From positions 143,654,001 to 143,718,000 of the forward strand of contig OZ024741.1 of NCBI GenBank assembly GCA_964016885.1: a stretch of 64,000 bases of DNA, given 5' to 3'. How positions within the stretch are numbered: position 1 is the first letter of the stretch; the number at the start of each line of letters is the position of its first letter. Origin of the DNA: Eledone cirrhosa (lineage: Eukaryota). A program made the position numbers and the translations under genes. Positions 62,971 to 64,000 of this stretch are shown here, piece after piece. The notes under the pieces are model-generated. The model ran no database searches. It saw only the letters and a list, made by a program, of their open reading frames with translations, and was not told where the DNA came from.

Positions 62971-63835
62971 TCCATGCCATGTCATGGAGCATGCTTGCTT
63001 TATTTCTCTCCAGCCTCTGCATTTCCCACCCATGTAATAATATATATATTTATAACAAACATCATCACCATTGTTGTCGTCATCACCATCATCATCATCA
63101 TCATCATTTATCATCTTTTTCCTGCTAGCAAGAGTTGGACATATTGTCACACATTGAGTCATTACTTGAGTGGAGCTACTGACCTCTCAAATGGGCTGTG
63201 GACCTGATTCTCATTTACATATATTCCTACACTCTACTGAATGCTTAGACACCTGCAGGCCCGTATCTTGCTGACATAAATTACCACACTCAACTATGAG
63301 CATGTGTTCATGACACCAACACTAGGGAGGTTGTCATGTTTTTGACATAGCTGAAGAGTTCTCCTGACCTTTTGTTTGGCTGGTCTTCTACATCTGGATG
63401 CCCTTCCTGTCACCAACCACTTTACAGCATGTACTGGGTTAATTTATTGTGTAGACCACTAACACTAGGGAGACTGTTGTTCTGTTGACATAAATGAAAT
63501 GTCCTCCTGACCTTTTGGTATATTGGGTGCATTTTCGTAGCACCAGCACTAGAGAAGTTGTCGGTTATTGTCCTAAATGAAGATCTCTCATTACTCTGAG
63601 GTGGGGGTGGGGTAGAAGAGAAGGTAGAAAGATTGAGTGTTCAAAGTTAAAAAAGAAGACAAAATACAGAGAATAATTACACACATACAGACACACACAC
63701 ACACACACAAAACATCAACATTATCATCAACATAATTGTTTTTATATATTACACAAATTCACAATGTATCTATTCTAAACCAGATATACATGGCTAAATA
63801 AATATTGTTTAATGTCTTTTCACACACACACACAA

Positions 63836-63868
<33 letters not shown>

Positions 63869-63869
63869 G

Positions 63870-64000
63870 AGATGTGAGAAAAACCACAGACCCTCCATCT
63901 CAACTCACCTTTTGAAAAGCAGAAGAACTGCGAAACCGGCAAAGGAACCAAATAAATATATATATTTTTTAAAAAAATAAGACTTCAGTTGCATTTTCGA
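63870..64000 (+). mobile_element. Dispersed copy of the hammerhead-bearing element forming the core of the 5541-6124 palindrome (runs off the window)
   Basis: GATGTGAGAAAAACCACAGACCCTCCATCTCAA...GAAAAGCAGAAGAACTGCGAAACCGG, starting right after (CA)n(TA)n. Confidence 0.85.

Overview
Repeat-rich animal genomic DNA, most consistent with a coleoid cephalopod such as Octopus (inferred from SINE and microsatellite style, not verified). The only host gene is a chondroitin polymerizing factor (CHPF/CHPF2/MIG-22 family) on the minus strand. Four 3' coding exons splice in frame with canonical GT-AG sites: 34578-34445, 33595-33477, 21297-21184 and 7603-6471. Its 5' exons were not found. The last intron holds a 12.8 kb hairpin-unit 28/30-bp satellite with higher-order structure. 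The preceding intron holds a decayed, apparently compound Helitron (25199-31336). Also present are RTE and CRE non-LTR fragments, many SINE copies, MITE-like and foldback elements, a 200-N gap and about 16 kb of GT-rich simple and minisatellite sequence. The least expected signal is a set of type-I hammerhead ribozyme motifs in (TA)n-anchored, often inverted, Penelope/retrozyme-like elements. One has a compensatory U3:A8 core, and one has a canonical core on the CHPF sense strand. Most ORFs in the supplied track are repeat artefacts.
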